A stretch of 64,000 nucleotides of DNA, taken from Epithemia pelagica (Eukaryota > Protista > Bacillariophyta). A program made the position numbers and the translations under genes. The stretch is from NCBI GenBank assembly GCA_946965045.2, contig OX337235.1, positions 682,001 to 746,000 of the forward strand, written 5' to 3'. How positions within the stretch are numbered: the first letter of the stretch is position 1; each line of letters opens with the position of its first letter. Positions 1 to 13,116 of this stretch are shown here, piece by piece. Below the pieces are notes generated by a model. It saw only the letters and a program-made list of their open reading frames with translations. It ran no database searches and had not been told where the DNA came from.

Positions 1-343
1 GGGCAAAACTCATGCCACCTTTCATATCTTTCCTCTCGGAGAAATGATTATGGGTCGCACAACATAACTACTATTCATCGTCTGGATGACGTTTCAATTT
101 TGTCATATTTTAGGTGAAATGAGGTACGGAGCACTTGGTTGTAAGTTTGTGACCTTAAGAATGGAACGTTTTCCAGACTTTCCCCCTTGACACTGATACA
201 CATCCGAATCCGACATGGCCAAGATGACCATGTCGCATTTCACGTTAGCATCATAGTCCCTATCTATGGATTGCAAACGTTAAAGATAGTGTTATTTCGA
301 GACAGAGGCGACATCACAACAACGACCGCGAGCGGCAACAATC

Positions 344-3300
344 ATGAGGTTCCAGTGCTTTCCACCCTTCTTTCGATTCGTTTTTCTCGTGGCAGCATTG
401 GCCGAGTCACTGGATGGACCGTCCGAATGCGTGGTCGACTCGGACGGCAACTGCGACGCAAAAGATCATCCAAAAGAAGAAGAAGAATCTTTGAATCCAG
501 TGAGAAACGACAAGGCCGACGATGACGATGCAGATCGAAACAGTACCATTCTAGAAGAAGACGCGACAACCTGTGGTGTGTACTTTGCTTCCTCCTCCTT
601 GCCCGGTGCTGGCAATGGACTCTTTGCCGGCCATGACTTTTTCAAAGGCGATCAAGTCATCCCAGGAGACTTGTCGGTCACCATTACTGATTTGGGATTT
701 CACTCTTTTCTGGGCAAAGACGAACTGGATGACCAGTTTTTATGGAACGAGTGAGTCAAAGGAGAGGAGCTTGGAGAACAGGTATAGTGGCCACGAGATC
801 TGGCAAAAAATCTGACCATATTTCACTCTTGCAATTCCGCCTTTAATTTTGTGTCCATTCCTTACAGATATACGTGGGCATCGGACATCATTGAAGGCAT
901 GGATGGGGAGGCCACAAGAGTAGATGTGGGGAGCTTTGGCATTGGAGCCGCTATTAACTGTGACTTTGGTTTGGAGAATGTGGACACCTATGGAGGCCAA
1001 ATGTCACCCTCAGGGAAAACATGGTCGCCTGAAGCACCCATGGGTGAACACCCCGGTGTCGGTGCCTTTACCATTTTTCATGACCGTCAAACTGTGGCCT
1101 ATCTAGATATACCAGCAGGGTACGAGCGCATTGTTGATTGTTGTCCAAGCGTCTTATGCCAATAGATTTCTTTTTTGTCTCGATTCTAACAATCCATGGT
1201 TTCTCTTTGTTTTGATTCAGAATGGAACTTTTCTTGAGTTATGGTGAAGAATACTTCTCCTCTCGAGACTATAATGATGTTCCACTGACAGTACATTTTA
1301 AGAGAGGGACGTCTCTGCTCAAGAGTTTTAATTCCTTGTTGAAGAGGTTAGGAACCGACAAGTCTGAATCTCCTCCCCCTTGGATGAACGACCTGTATAA
1401 CCTTGTTCGACACGAAATGGATGAGGTGTGGGGTGGAGCAACCTTGAAAACCTGGCCGGATACCATGGACCGAGTGGATGAAGTCCTTGATTTGGGCATC
1501 CGTAGTGCTCATGCGCACAAGAGCATTCGTTCCATGGAAATGCTCCAGACAGTTGGAAGTTGTGCCGATCATTTGGAAGCCCAACCTAGCACTCTACCAC
1601 ATGCCGGACGGGGAGCCTTTACACGTCGACGCATTGCTAAGGGAGAAACGGTGGCACCTGTACCCTTGATTCATATTCCCAATCGATCCATTTTCGACAT
1701 GTACGAGCCTTTGGTACCCGGCCATTATCCCAAACCGAGGAAAATTGATTTTCGAAATGTGACGGACGTTCCCGTGCATCGGCAATTGCTGTTAAATTAT
1801 TGCTTTGGTCATGCGGATACCGATCTATTACTTTGCCCGTACGGCGTTGGAACGGCGCTCATTAACCACTCCAAAGAAAAGGTCAATGCTAAGATTGTTT
1901 GGAGTACCAAGCATACCACTCATCCCGAATGGCTGGATATGAACCCTGCAGAATGGACCACCAGCTCCTCTGCTGGATTGGCTTGGGAGTTTGTCGCGAC
2001 GCGTGATTTGGCACAGGGGGAAGAAGTGTTTTTGGATTATGGAGATGAATGGGAAGAGGCCTGGTCTGAACATGTTGCCAACTGGATACATCCAACGACT
2101 TCCTCCTGCTTACCAATTAGTGCCGAAACCTTGAATGAATACAATGAAGATTTGATTGTTCCGACGTGGTCCGAGGGTTACTTGTCCTTTTCGACGCTCA
2201 ACAATGACTTTTGTGACACGGCAAGTATTCCATTGCGACACTTTCCGGAAGTGAGATGTCACAATGCGTTTTTGGATATGTGGGGATTGACGTATTTTGC
2301 ATTCCGTGAGTGGGACGATTCATATCCCTGTCGTGCGCTAGACAGATACCTAGATACGGAGACTGATACCCTTGTTTACACGGTGGAGTTGTTTGAACCG
2401 CTCGAAATGGACAAGACAAGAAGCAAATGCGAAGAATCTTTTGAAGGCATCATGTTTAAAGTACCGGGAGACATTTTCCACTTTGTGGATCGTCCCTATA
2501 CCAAGGATTCAGCACAACCGTGGTCTTTTCGCCATGATATGAGAATTCCCGACGAGCTTCTTCCCAACGCGTGGAGGAGGGCAGCTGAGGATGACGATGC
2601 GAATGGATACAGAACCATTCTAGAAGAAGACGCGATAACCTGTGGTGTGTACTTTGCTTCCTCCTCCTTGCCCGGTGCTGGCAATGGACTCTTTGCCGGC
2701 CATGAGTTTTTCGAAGGCGATCAAGTCATCCCCGGAGACTTGTCGGTCACCATTACTGATTTGGGATTTCACTCTTTTCTGGGCAAAGACGAACTGGATG
2801 ACCAGTTTTTATGGAACGAGTGAGTCAAAGGAGAGGAGCTTGGAGAACAGGTATAGTGGCCACGAGATCGAGCAAAAAATCTGACCATATTGGACTCTTG
2901 CAATTCCGCCTTTAATTTTGTGTCCATTCCTTACAGATATACGTGGGCATCGGACATCATTGAAGGCATGGATGGGGAGGCCACAAGAGTAAGTGCAGCG
3001 AGCTTTGGCATTGGAGCCGCTATTAACTGTGACTTTGGTTTGGAGAATGTGGACACCTATGGAGGCCAAATGTCACCCTCAGGGAAAACATGGTCGCCTG
3101 AAGCACCCATGGGTGAACATCCCGGTGTCGGTGCCTTTACCATTTTTCATAACCGTCAAACTGTGGCCTATCTAGATATACCAGCAGGGTACGAGCGCAT
3201 TGTTGATTGTTGTCCAAGCGTCTTTTGGCTATAGAATTCCCGTTTGTCGATCCTCAATCCATGGTTTTTCTTTGTTTTGATTCAGAATGGAACTTTTCTT

Positions 3301-6300
3301 GAGTTATGGTGAAGAATACTTCTCCTCTCGAGACTATAATGATGTTCCACTGACAGTACATTTTAAGAGAGGGACGTCTCTGCTCAAGAGTTTTAATTCC
3401 TTGTTGAAGAGGTTAGGAACCGACAAGTCTGAATCTCCTCCCCCTTGGATGAACGACCTGTATAACCTTGTTCGACACGAAATGGATGAGGTGTGGGGTG
3501 GAGCAACCTTGAAAACCTGGCCGGATACCATGGACCGAGTGGATGAAGTCCTTGATTTGGGCATCCGTAGTGCTCATGCGCACAAGAGCATTCGTTCCAT
3601 GGAAATGCTCCAGACAGTTGGAAGTTGTGCCGATCATTTGGAAGCCCAACCTAGCACTCTACCACATGCCGGACGGGGAGCCTTTACACGTCGACGCATT
3701 GCTAAGGGAGAAACGGTGGCACCTGTACCCTTGATTCATATTCCCAATCGATCCATTTTCGACATGTACGAGCCTTTGGTACCCGGCCATTATCCCAAAC
3801 CGAGGAAAATTGATTTTCGAAATGTGACGGACGTTCCCGTGCATCGGCAATTGCTGTTAAATTATTGCTTTGGTCATGCGGATACCGATCTATTACTTTG
3901 CCCGTACGGCGTTGGAACGGCGCTCATTAACCACTCCAAAGAAAAGGTCAATGCTAAGATTGTTTGGAGTACCAAGCATACCACTCATCCCGAATGGCTG
4001 GATATGAACCCTGCAGAATGGACCACCAGCTCCTCTGCTGGATTGGCTTGGGAGTTTGTCGCGACGCGTGATTTGGCACAGGGGGAAGAAGTGTTTTTGG
4101 ATTATGGAGATGAATGGGAAGAGGCCTGGTCTGAACATGTTGCCAACTGGATACATCCAACGACTTCCTCCTGCTTACCAATTAGTGCCGAAACCTTGAA
4201 TGAATACAATGAAGATTTGATTGTTCCGACGTGGTCCGAGGGTTACTTGTCCTTTTCGACGCTCAACAATGACTTTTGTGACACGGCAAGTATTCCATTG
4301 CGACACTTTCCGGAAGTGAGATGTCACAATGCGTTTTTGGATATGTGGGGATTGACGTATTTTGCATTCCGTGAGTGGGACGATTCATATCCCTGTCGTG
4401 CGCTAGACAGATACCTAGATACGGAGACTGATACCCTTGTTTACACGGTGGAGTTGTTTGAACCGCTCGAAATGGACAAGACAAGAAGCAAATGCGAAGA
4501 ATCTTTTGAAGGCATCATGTTTAAAGTACCGGGAGACATTTTCCACTTTGTGGATCGTCCCTATACCAAGGATTCAGCACAACCGTGGTCTTTTCGCCAT
4601 GATATGAGAATTCCCGACGAGCTTCTTCCCAACGCGTGGAGGAGGGCAGCTGAGGATGACGATGCGAATGGATACAGAACCATTCTAGAAGAAGACGCGA
4701 TAACCTGTGGTGTGTACTTTGCTTCCTCCTCCTTGCCCGGTGCTGGCAATGGACTCTTTGCCGGCCATGAGTTTTTCGAAGGCGATCAAGTCATCCCCGG
4801 AGACTTGTCGGTCACCATTACTGATTTGGGATTTCACTCTTTTCTGGGCAAAGACGAACTGGATGACCAGTTTTTATGGAACGAGTGAGTCAAAGGAGAG
4901 GAGCTTGGAGAACAGGTATAGTGGCCACGAGATCGAGCAAAAAATCTGACCATATTGGACTCTTGCAATTCCGCCTTTAATTTTGTGTCCATTCCTTACA
5001 GATATACGTGGGCATCGGACATCATTGAAGGCATGGATGGGGAGGCCACAAGAGTAAGTGCAGCGAGCTTTGGCATTGGAGCCGCTATTAACTGTGACTT
5101 TGGTTTGGAGAATGTGGACACCTATGGAGGCCAAATGTCACCCTCAGGGAAAACATGGTCGCCTGAAGCACCCATGGGTGAACATCCCGGTGTCGGTGCC
5201 TTTACCATTTTTCATAACCGTCAAACTGTGGCCTATCTAGATATACCAGCAGGGTACGAGCGCATTGTTGATTGTTGTCCAAGCGTCTTTTGGCTATAGA
5301 ATTCCCGTTTGTCGATCCTCAATCCATGGTTTTTCTTTGTTTTGATTCAGAATGGAACTTTTCTTGAGTTATGGTGAAGAATACTTCTCCTCTCGAGACT
5401 ATAATGATGTTCCACTGACAGTACATTTTAAGAGAGGGACGTCTCTGCTCAAGAGTTTTAATTCCTTGTTGAAGAGGTTAGGAACCGACAAGTCTGAATC
5501 TCCTCCCCCTTGGATGAACGACCTGTATAACCTTGTTCGACACGAAATGGATGAGGTGTGGGGTGGAGCAACCTTGAAAACCTGGCCGGATACCATGGAC
5601 CGAGTGGATGAAGTCCTTGATTTGGGCATCCGTAGTGCTCATGCGCACAAGAGCATTCGTTCCATGGAAATGCTCCAGACAGTTGGAAGTTGTGCCGATC
5701 ATTTGGAAGCCCAACCTAGCACTCTACCACATGCCGGACGGGGAGCCTTTACACGTCGACGCATTGCTAAGGGAGAAACGGTGGCACCTGTACCCTTGAT
5801 TCATATTCCCAATCGATCCATTTTCGACATGTACGAGCCTTTGGTACCCGGCCATTATCCCAAACCGAGGAAAATTGATTTTCGAAATGTGACGGACGTT
5901 CCCGTGCATCGGCAATTGCTGTTAAATTATTGCTTTGGTCATGCGGATACCGATCTATTACTTTGCCCGTACGGCGTTGGAACGGCGCTCATTAACCACT
6001 CCAAAGAAAAGGTCAATGCTAAGATTGTTTGGAGTACCAAGCATACCACTCATCCCGAATGGCTGGATATGAACCCTGCAGAATGGACCACCAGCTCCTC
6101 TGCTGGATTGGCTTGGGAGTTTGTCGCGACGCGTGATTTGGCACAGGGGGAAGAAGTGTTTTTGGATTATGGAGATGAATGGGAAGAGGCCTGGTCTGAA
6201 CATGTTGCCAACTGGATACATCCAACGACTTCCTCCTGCTTACCAATTAGTGCCGAAACCTTGAATGAATACAATGAAGATTTGATTGTTCCGACGTGGT

Positions 6301-6734
6301 CCGAGGGTTACTTGTCCTTTTCGACGCTCAACAATGACTTTTGTGACACGGCAAGTATTCCATTGCGACACTTTCCGGAAGTGAGATGTCACAATGCGTT
6401 TTTGGATATGTGGGGATTGACGTATTTTGCATTCCGTGAGTGGGACGATTCATATCCCTGTCGTGCGCTAGACAGATACCTAGATACGGAGACTGATACC
6501 CTTGTTTACACGGTGGAGTTGTTTGAACCGCTCGAAATGGACAAGACAAGAAGCAAATGCGAAGATTCTTTTGAAGGGATCATGTTTAAAGTACCGGGAG
6601 ACATTTTCCACTTTGTGGATCGTCCCTATACCAAGGATTCAGCACAACCGTGGTCTTTTCGCCATGATATGAGAATTCCCGACGAGCTTCTTCCCAACGC
6701 GTGGAGGAGGGCAGCTGAGGAAACCGCAAGTTGA
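344..6734 (+). CDS. Signal-peptide SET-domain methyltransferase, internally triplicated. Exons 344-750, 868-1119, 1221-2819, 2937-3188, 3286-4884, 5002-5253, 5351-6734; predicted 1914 aa, six SET domains
   Basis: Hydrophobic N-terminus MRFQCFPPFFRFVFLVAALA. GT-AG introns (gtgagt..cttacag, gtacga..attcag) splice in frame to FLWNE-YTW and DIPAG-MELFLSYG. SET motifs GAGNGLFA/AAINC/ELFLSYG and HAGRGAF/ALINH/EVFLDYG occur in each unit. Exon lengths sum to 5745 nt (1915 codons). Confidence 0.8.
521..6721 (+). repeat. Three-copy tandem duplication; units start at 521, 2590 and 4655 (periods 2069 and 2065 bp)
   Basis: Identical 533-aa ORFs at 1222 and 3287 and a near-identical 460-aa ORF at 5352. 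Junction GCAGCTGAG-GATGACGATGC at 2590 and 4655. Copy 1 differs in exon 2 and intron 2; copy 3 differs at 6566 and 6578. Confidence 0.95.
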
Positions 6735-6901
6735 TCCACACCACGGATGATGACAATGGAACCACGATGGCTGTGCTCTGGACAGAATTAGTCATTGGCT
6801 CGTGGAATTTTTAATTGCCCTTTCCCTTCTAGCCGAAGCACGCTGGTGGTTACATGTTCAAGGGGAGGCTTATTGAAGTTTCATAAGCTAACTGCTTTCC
6901 C

Positions 6902-8751
6902 ATGGTGTGTTCTTCAGTGAGATCACGAAGCCGTCTGTTGTTTTAGTGTCTACACTTTTCATCGTTTGCTTTTGTATGAAGCCTTGTGGGGTTCCCACAG
7001 CGACACCTTCGTTACAGCCTTCCTTGGTTCCCACGGCCACACCGTCTTTCCAGCCTTCCTTGAGTTCCGTTCCCTCCCAGACACCTTCAGACCAACCCTC
7101 GATGAGTTTGGTTCCTACAGAGACTTCTTCCATGAGTGTTGTTCCAACAAGAACTCCCTCTGCCCAGCCTTCAAGGAGTTTCGCTCCCTCAACGACTCCT
7201 TCGGGTCGACCTTCTGTGAGTTCGGTTCCTACCCCCGTCTGTCCCGGACCGACGGCATGTGAAGATGAATCTTGCGGCGACTGCAAAGATAGCAAGGATA
7301 GTACTGGTTGCAGTTGCTCTGGTTGCGAATGCGTCGTATGCGAATTGGATCCATTTTGCTGTGTCAATCACTGGGATCATATTTGTGTGGCAGAGGCAGA
7401 TGAGTTGTGCTCATGTATTGATGCTCCCACTGCCACCCCAACCTTAAGTCCGAGCTATGCATCGTTCGAATTCAACATGTTCCTTACGTTCTCCCACAAT
7501 GATTTCAGCAGCAACCCCGACAAGGCTGGTGGTGTCTTTGCTGCCAACATGGAGGGTAAATGAGGTCATCCAGTGCGTCTCTTTGTGAGCCCAAGTTATG
7601 GAAAAATGACAGGCCTCACGGCAAGTTTGTGCGGTGGACTTGATCATATTTATTGGGGGACCCCATACGGAGACGTATACGTTGCAAATCAAGATGGATC
7701 TGGACTAGCCATGAAACTTTACGATAATATTCGAACAGAACACTATACCGAAATTGGAAAAATTCTTGATGTTGCCGTGAACGAAGAGTCGGGTGATCTG
7801 CTTCTTGGTTCTGAAACGGGCCTTTACCATGATACATTGGATGGCAGCTCAACATACGCAGCTCAGCTAGATACCGGTTCGGTTTCAGCTGTTGAAATTG
7901 ATCCGAAATCTGGGTTTGGTTACTTCGGTGGAATAAACAACGAAGATGACCCAAATGGCTTTATCAAGCGCATACGTACACCCTTTGGCTCAGAAATGGC
8001 TCGTGTCATGTATACTTCACCAATTGACAATCGCAAGGGCCATCCTCGTGACATTACGATTGATTCCGATGCGGGGTACATGTACATTGTCGACAACCAC
8101 AAAATAACGCGTGCCGTCTTGGATGGAACCGCGCCTGTGGAGGATGTTTATGTTGGGTTTAACTTCAACCGTCAGTTTGCCCGAACGATTGACATCTTCA
8201 TCAATCGACTGTTTATAGGGAGCTTTGAACGTTCCAGTAATTCCTCGATTTGGGTAGCCAATGCAGATGGATCAGGTGTACCAAAGATTCTCTATAACTT
8301 GACCGACGAAAGAGGGTATCAAACTGGAATCAAGGGGTTGGTAGTCCGTAAATGTGTCGCTCCATCACCGAGTCCTACAGCGTGTGAAGCCAACAGATCA
8401 GAAGTGACGGCAGTTTTTCCTCGTTCCATTACTTCAGAATTCCCTAGAGGATTCATGACACAACATTTCATGTTTAATGTGGGCTGGCCTCGAACAAAAA
8501 CCGCAGCCATCTTCATTACGATTGAAGCCAATCGGGGAAAGGTCAGTAATCCCTTATGGAGGTCGGTGGAAAATGCCCTTTCCGTGAATGTGGATTCTGG
8601 GGTCGACGGGAGCTATGTCTACTTGTATGATTTCAACCTTCACGGGAGCGGAACCTACCGGTGGTTAGTATCGGTGTCCGTCGTGGACGATGCCTGTGTT
8701 GAGGAAGATACGACGGAATGGGAGGTGTATTCGTTGGAGACAGCGTTATAA
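6902..8751 (+). pseudogene. Secreted PSxxPS-linker, Cys-rich, beta-propeller protein, paralog 1, disrupted
   Basis: ORFs 6907-7563 and 7573-8751 are in one frame, split by TGA at 7561-7563, which aligns to Gly in paralog 3 (MEGK*GHPV vs IDGDGDSPV). ATG 6902 is out of frame with the signal peptide by an apparent extra GT in (GT)3. Contains DPFCC..WD..C motif and YWG / IDxxSGYMYIVD propeller blades. Confidence 0.7.
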
Positions 8752-9691
8752 ACTCCTCGTCACCAATCCTTTGTCCACGACTTTCGATGAAGCTCTATGA
8801 TTGTTCATGTTCTTACGCGTCTACATTGCTGTGGAAAGCCGAGCCTCTGAACAAGATTCATGTGTATGCCTGTACGGAAAAGAACGTGGTCCGGCTCTAC
8901 CTCTAGGTATAAAATATGTTTTTTGCACGTTTAGTCTTTGTTCTGTTACGGACTTTTGGATAGTTCGATAGTCGCCATAGGCTATGTACTTTTTTCCTCC
9001 AACAATGCATCGAGGAAGGAATCACACGCTCATTTATTCGAAACAGTGAAGTTCAAACAACATACACCATGGTCTAGTAGTGAATGACTCCTCCAACTTG
9101 TGCAGTTGAACGAAGGATGCACCTGCTGCCGTTTCGTTTTCTCTCTTTGCTGCTCCCTCTTGACCAACGAGGACGACTCTGCAGAACGGGGTGGTACGCA
9201 AGCACCTGGAACTGTCCTCCATTTCATTCTTCCGGTAGCGCGTTCCTACAACATGAGTCAAGCGATGCGACGCTCCCTTTGACACGTATTTGTGTGTAGC
9301 ACAAGATAGAGGGGTCGACAATGCTTTGTTGGTTTTGGGTCGTCAGGTTCTCATATCTTGGAGGTCTCATTATAACACCAGCCCTCTTGTTTCATTCCAC
9401 CAGTCCACATTTGTCGCACGCAAAAGTGTCAATGTGACATGTCAAGGATCAAAAAGACTCAGATTTGAACAATGAGTGTTTTGCATGATATGGATTTTGT
9501 TAAGCTTCCTTATATAGGTAGGCGAGAGATGTGTGTGTATCTGTGAAAAAACCGAACGTTGGGTGCCGCCATTCCTTTATTTGTGTGTTTCTTGCTTGCG
9601 TATGGGACGAATGCCAGGCAAACCTTTTCGGAGTAATGAAGAATTATCGTTGTGTGAAAACAAAAAAATACCATACACCACTATCCATGCT

Positions 9692-10375
9692 TTAGTTTCG
9701 ACCCCCTCGTCGTCCCCCCTTGTTATTGTTGTTGTTGGTATTCTTTTTGGCGGCCGGCTTGGAATTTCCATCGGCCGCTACAGCAGTACTACTGGGAGCG
9801 AATGAAATGACCATTTGATAGCCTTGTGGAATTTTAAATCCCTTATCTTCCATGGCCGTCATGGCGGCCTTGACGGCTTTTTTCGACGGCGGACGTCCCA
9901 AGGGTGCCGTGTCGGCCACTTTTCCCATGGACGTTGCGAAAGCACCACCACCAAACGCCTTGGTCTTTCCTCTCTTGGCTTCCAGCTCTTCGCGCTTGGC
10001 CTTGGCGGCGGCACGAGCCAACTTTCGTCGTTCCTTTCGTATTTCGGCGCGATCGTCACTGCTGAGGTTCGCATTGAAGGTGACACTCTTTTTCTTCTTG
10101 AGGGCGTTCTTGGCTCGCTCCAACAAGGTTTGTTTACCTTGTTTTTGAACTTCTTGTTCAATTTCCATGGCAGAGGCTTTCCGGTTGGTCGACAAGCCAC
10201 GACGCGCTCGCAAGGCTGCATTCCGTTTCGCTCGACTCGTGGCAATGCTGCGATCGACATTGCTCACTTGATTGGGGTCGTTGTTGGATGAAATATTATT
10301 GTTCGAAGATGCACTGGTGTTGTTGCCACGACGTCTCGAACTCGCACGTGTCTTTTGTTGTCGACTCGCAATCAT
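9692..10375 (-). CDS. Hypothetical basic Lys/Arg-rich protein, about 227 aa
   Basis: Long ORF from ATG 10375 with Asn-rich linkers and coiled-coil-like basic segments; no domain recognised. Confidence 0.6.
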   Translation of the reverse strand: MIASRQQKTRASSRRRGNNTSASSNNNISSNNDPNQVSNVDRSIATSRAKRNAALRARRGLSTNRKASAMEIEQEVQKQGKQTLLERAKNALKKKKSVTFNANLSSDDRAEIRKERRKLARAAAKAKREELEAKRGKTKAFGGGAFATSMGKVADTAPLGRPPSKKAVKAAMTAMEDKGFKIPQGYQMVISFAPSSTAVAADGNSKPAAKKNTNNNNNKGGRRGGRN

Positions 10376-11615
10376 CTCGTCTGTGTCCCAAACCAGCAAC
10401 CACGAGAGAGGATTCGCGTTTCAGTGTCATTCGTTGGTCCAAATATATTGTGTGTACCATATTATGAAACAGGAAGGATTTGTTTTAGCACAGGGTTCAC
10501 AAAGAGATTGTTCATGAATGAAGAACCAGACAGTCGAGAAAGAAAGGACAGTGAGCGACAAAGAATACGATTGCTTCTGGACGACGAAACAACAGGTCGA
10601 TGCAACCTACCTAACGACATGTTCATCGTTGAGGGTTCCGTCCCGGATGACCCAATATTGAAGTCACCAACTCCGAGAAGCGTCATGTTGGTGTTTGGAT
10701 GAGAATGTGAATACAAGAGAAACGGCAACACAAGGTCTGTGAAGTAGCTGTCAAGTATCTTTCTTGCTTGTGTGTGTTGCTGTCGATGCAGTGCACTTGC
10801 AGAGTTGAGTAAACAAGAAGCAGCAGCGATGCGCAGTCACATTCACTTTTTCGGTGCGGGTTTCCAAAAAGACGGCGCGTGACACTTGAAGCCGCGAGCA
10901 AACGTAACGGGACTCTATGACTGTGACTGTGCTTTTGTTGGGCCTGTAGGTGAAATACTGAGTGTTCAGCAGCGAAATGAGAAATTGAAAACATAACAGT
11001 ATTATGGCACAAGACGCTTGAGTGTCGATATACCCGCGACTCCGGCCGGCGCGAGACGTCGGGTGAGCCGCGGTCCGGACACAATGTATGGATTAGAGGT
11101 GGAGAGTGGAGAGACTACCTACCTACAGCTAGGAGTACCATATTCTCGATTTGAGTACCAATGGCAATGGCAAGGAGATACCCAGCGTCGATTTGTCCAA
11201 GGGGCGTAGGACATCCCTCTTCGTATCCAACGCAATTGTCGATTCAAAAGTGGAGGCAACCATCCAGGACTACTGGGGACAGTCCACGTTTGAAGCTGTA
11301 CGGCTGTCTCTTTGTTCTCCACGTGAGGAGATTAGATGTCTCCTATAGTACGCTATGACTGACTGAGTCAAAATCCGTCCTTGGCTACAATTCGCGTCGA
11401 CCACAGAAACTTCTGTCTCGAACGATGCCAAATGATTGGGTAGATTTTTCCAAAATGAAGACTCCATGACTATTTACATCTATTCGTCTCTAACAAGCTT
11501 CTTGCATGAGACACTGCCCTTGTCCCTTGTACCAATCACCTTGTGTTTCACGATCCTACTTTGAATGCCTGCGCGATTGTGTGCTCTTTCCCAGCTGTGA
11601 CAGAATCCAAACTCC

Positions 11616-13116
11616 TCAATCCGATTTGTGTTCGACGGCCCCTAACCCATACAAGTGTCGATGCCCAAACCATCGAGGCACCAATCCCAAATCTCCCAGC
11701 AGTTCAAAAATACTCAAGAGCGAAATTCCCAAGAAAAAGCCCATGGAACCACCAATCGCTGCCAACAATTGGGCAAACGACAGCGCCTTGCTTTCCGTCA
11801 ACAAGATATATTGAATCCTTCGGAAATTAATCGTCACAGATACGTAGTTCTGCAACACATACTCTTGGGTAACATTGTATTCGTCATAGGGAAAATCCTT
11901 CAACCACCGCTCCGAAAAGTTGACCTCGCCTGTGGTGAATTCGTATTCCGTCACGGAGCAAGTGGGCAAGACACAGTCATGGGGACATTGCTGTTCCGTT
12001 ACGGCACCCCCACTGGTAATGGCAAATTGCAAACACTCATCATCTGGAGGACAAAACTCGAGACGATCCTTATCGGTTTCATCGCCATAGCGCCGACATT
12101 GGCATTTCTCTCGAATATAGTCCATGATTCATTCGGACCGACAGCCTCCTTGGGTATATTCCGGTGCTTCTCCTTGACATCGGGCCCAGGGCAGTTGCTG
12201 CTCACGTGCAAATTGACTCATTTCGAGGGAAACCAGGGTTTCGCGTCCTGGTTTGGCCGTGGCGATGGGCAATTGACTGTCCAATAGCATGTCCTTGTCT
12301 TGGGCCCACAACAAGGCGGCGGCATATTCCGTCATGCTGTCGTAATCGTACTGTCTCAAATCAATCCATATTTTTAAACCACCATAGTACCCTGGACGAC
12401 GAACCGTCTCGTCGGTATCAAAGGCCCAACATCGACCCACTTCTTCGGGTACAAGGACGGGCTTCCACACCTCCGATACATTGAGTTCAATGCCATTAAA
12501 CCAGGAAGCAAAAATAAATTCCTTCAAAGGCGTCGACACTTGAATGAATTCGTCTTCGTTCTTGGGATACGGAATATTGAGTTGGTCTTAGCGTGATTGT
12601 GAAAAGGGACTCGAGTTGCAAAGAGTGACGCGTGGAAAAGCCAACGATTCCGGATTGATGGTTTCGGTATCGGTTATGACTTCAAAGTCGCGATATTGTC
12701 GAATCAATTGGGTCAATTTGCCACAGCATAAAGCCGGATGAGACCAACACCAAGAAAATCCAGACAGAGCGTTTCCACAATTTCCATACTGTTGAATCCG
12801 TCACCAAGGGAACACCGTGAATCGACGTGCCCTGTGCCCATTCGTTGATCACCACTGACAAGGCCGCATTGTTTTCGTCAAAGCCGTCTTCACCTGGGAA
12901 AATGGGACCCATGGAAGGACCGCCCTTTGGTCCAACACTTGTCGTGGTGTTGGTGCTGTCCTGGGAGGACTTTTTCAACATCTTCTCCTCGTCTAGCGTA
13001 TCCACACCTTGTGACCAGGCCCTTCTGCCCTCGTCTTCATTATCGCCGGATCGGAATTGTTCCATTTGATCCGAAGAGGTGCGACCTGTTGGTACCTCGT
13101 CGGCTTCGATTGTCAT
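11616..13116 (-). pseudogene. DEG/ENaC/ASIC-family amiloride-sensitive channel, disrupted
   Basis: Pre-M1 TSIHG, TM1, FPRVTLCN, Cys-rich CRSExIMDYIREKCQC and TM2 AIGGSMGFFLGISLLSIFE. Lesions: frameshift near 12717, TAA 12588-12590, TGA 12129-12131. Confidence 0.85.

Noticed and set aside
187-6795. Numerous short overlapping and antisense ORFs in the SET repeat
   Set aside because: They are shadows of the spliced SET CDS, repeated only because the DNA is triplicated.
7556-7573. 18-nt GT..AG mini-intron that would remove the TGA in frame
   Set aside because: Far shorter than the other introns here (94-130 nt), and the segment aligns residue for residue with coding sequence in paralog 3.
10355-11360. 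Same-frame ORF pieces that may be a decayed gene
   Set aside because: At least four stops and no recognisable motif; cannot be supported without a homology search.
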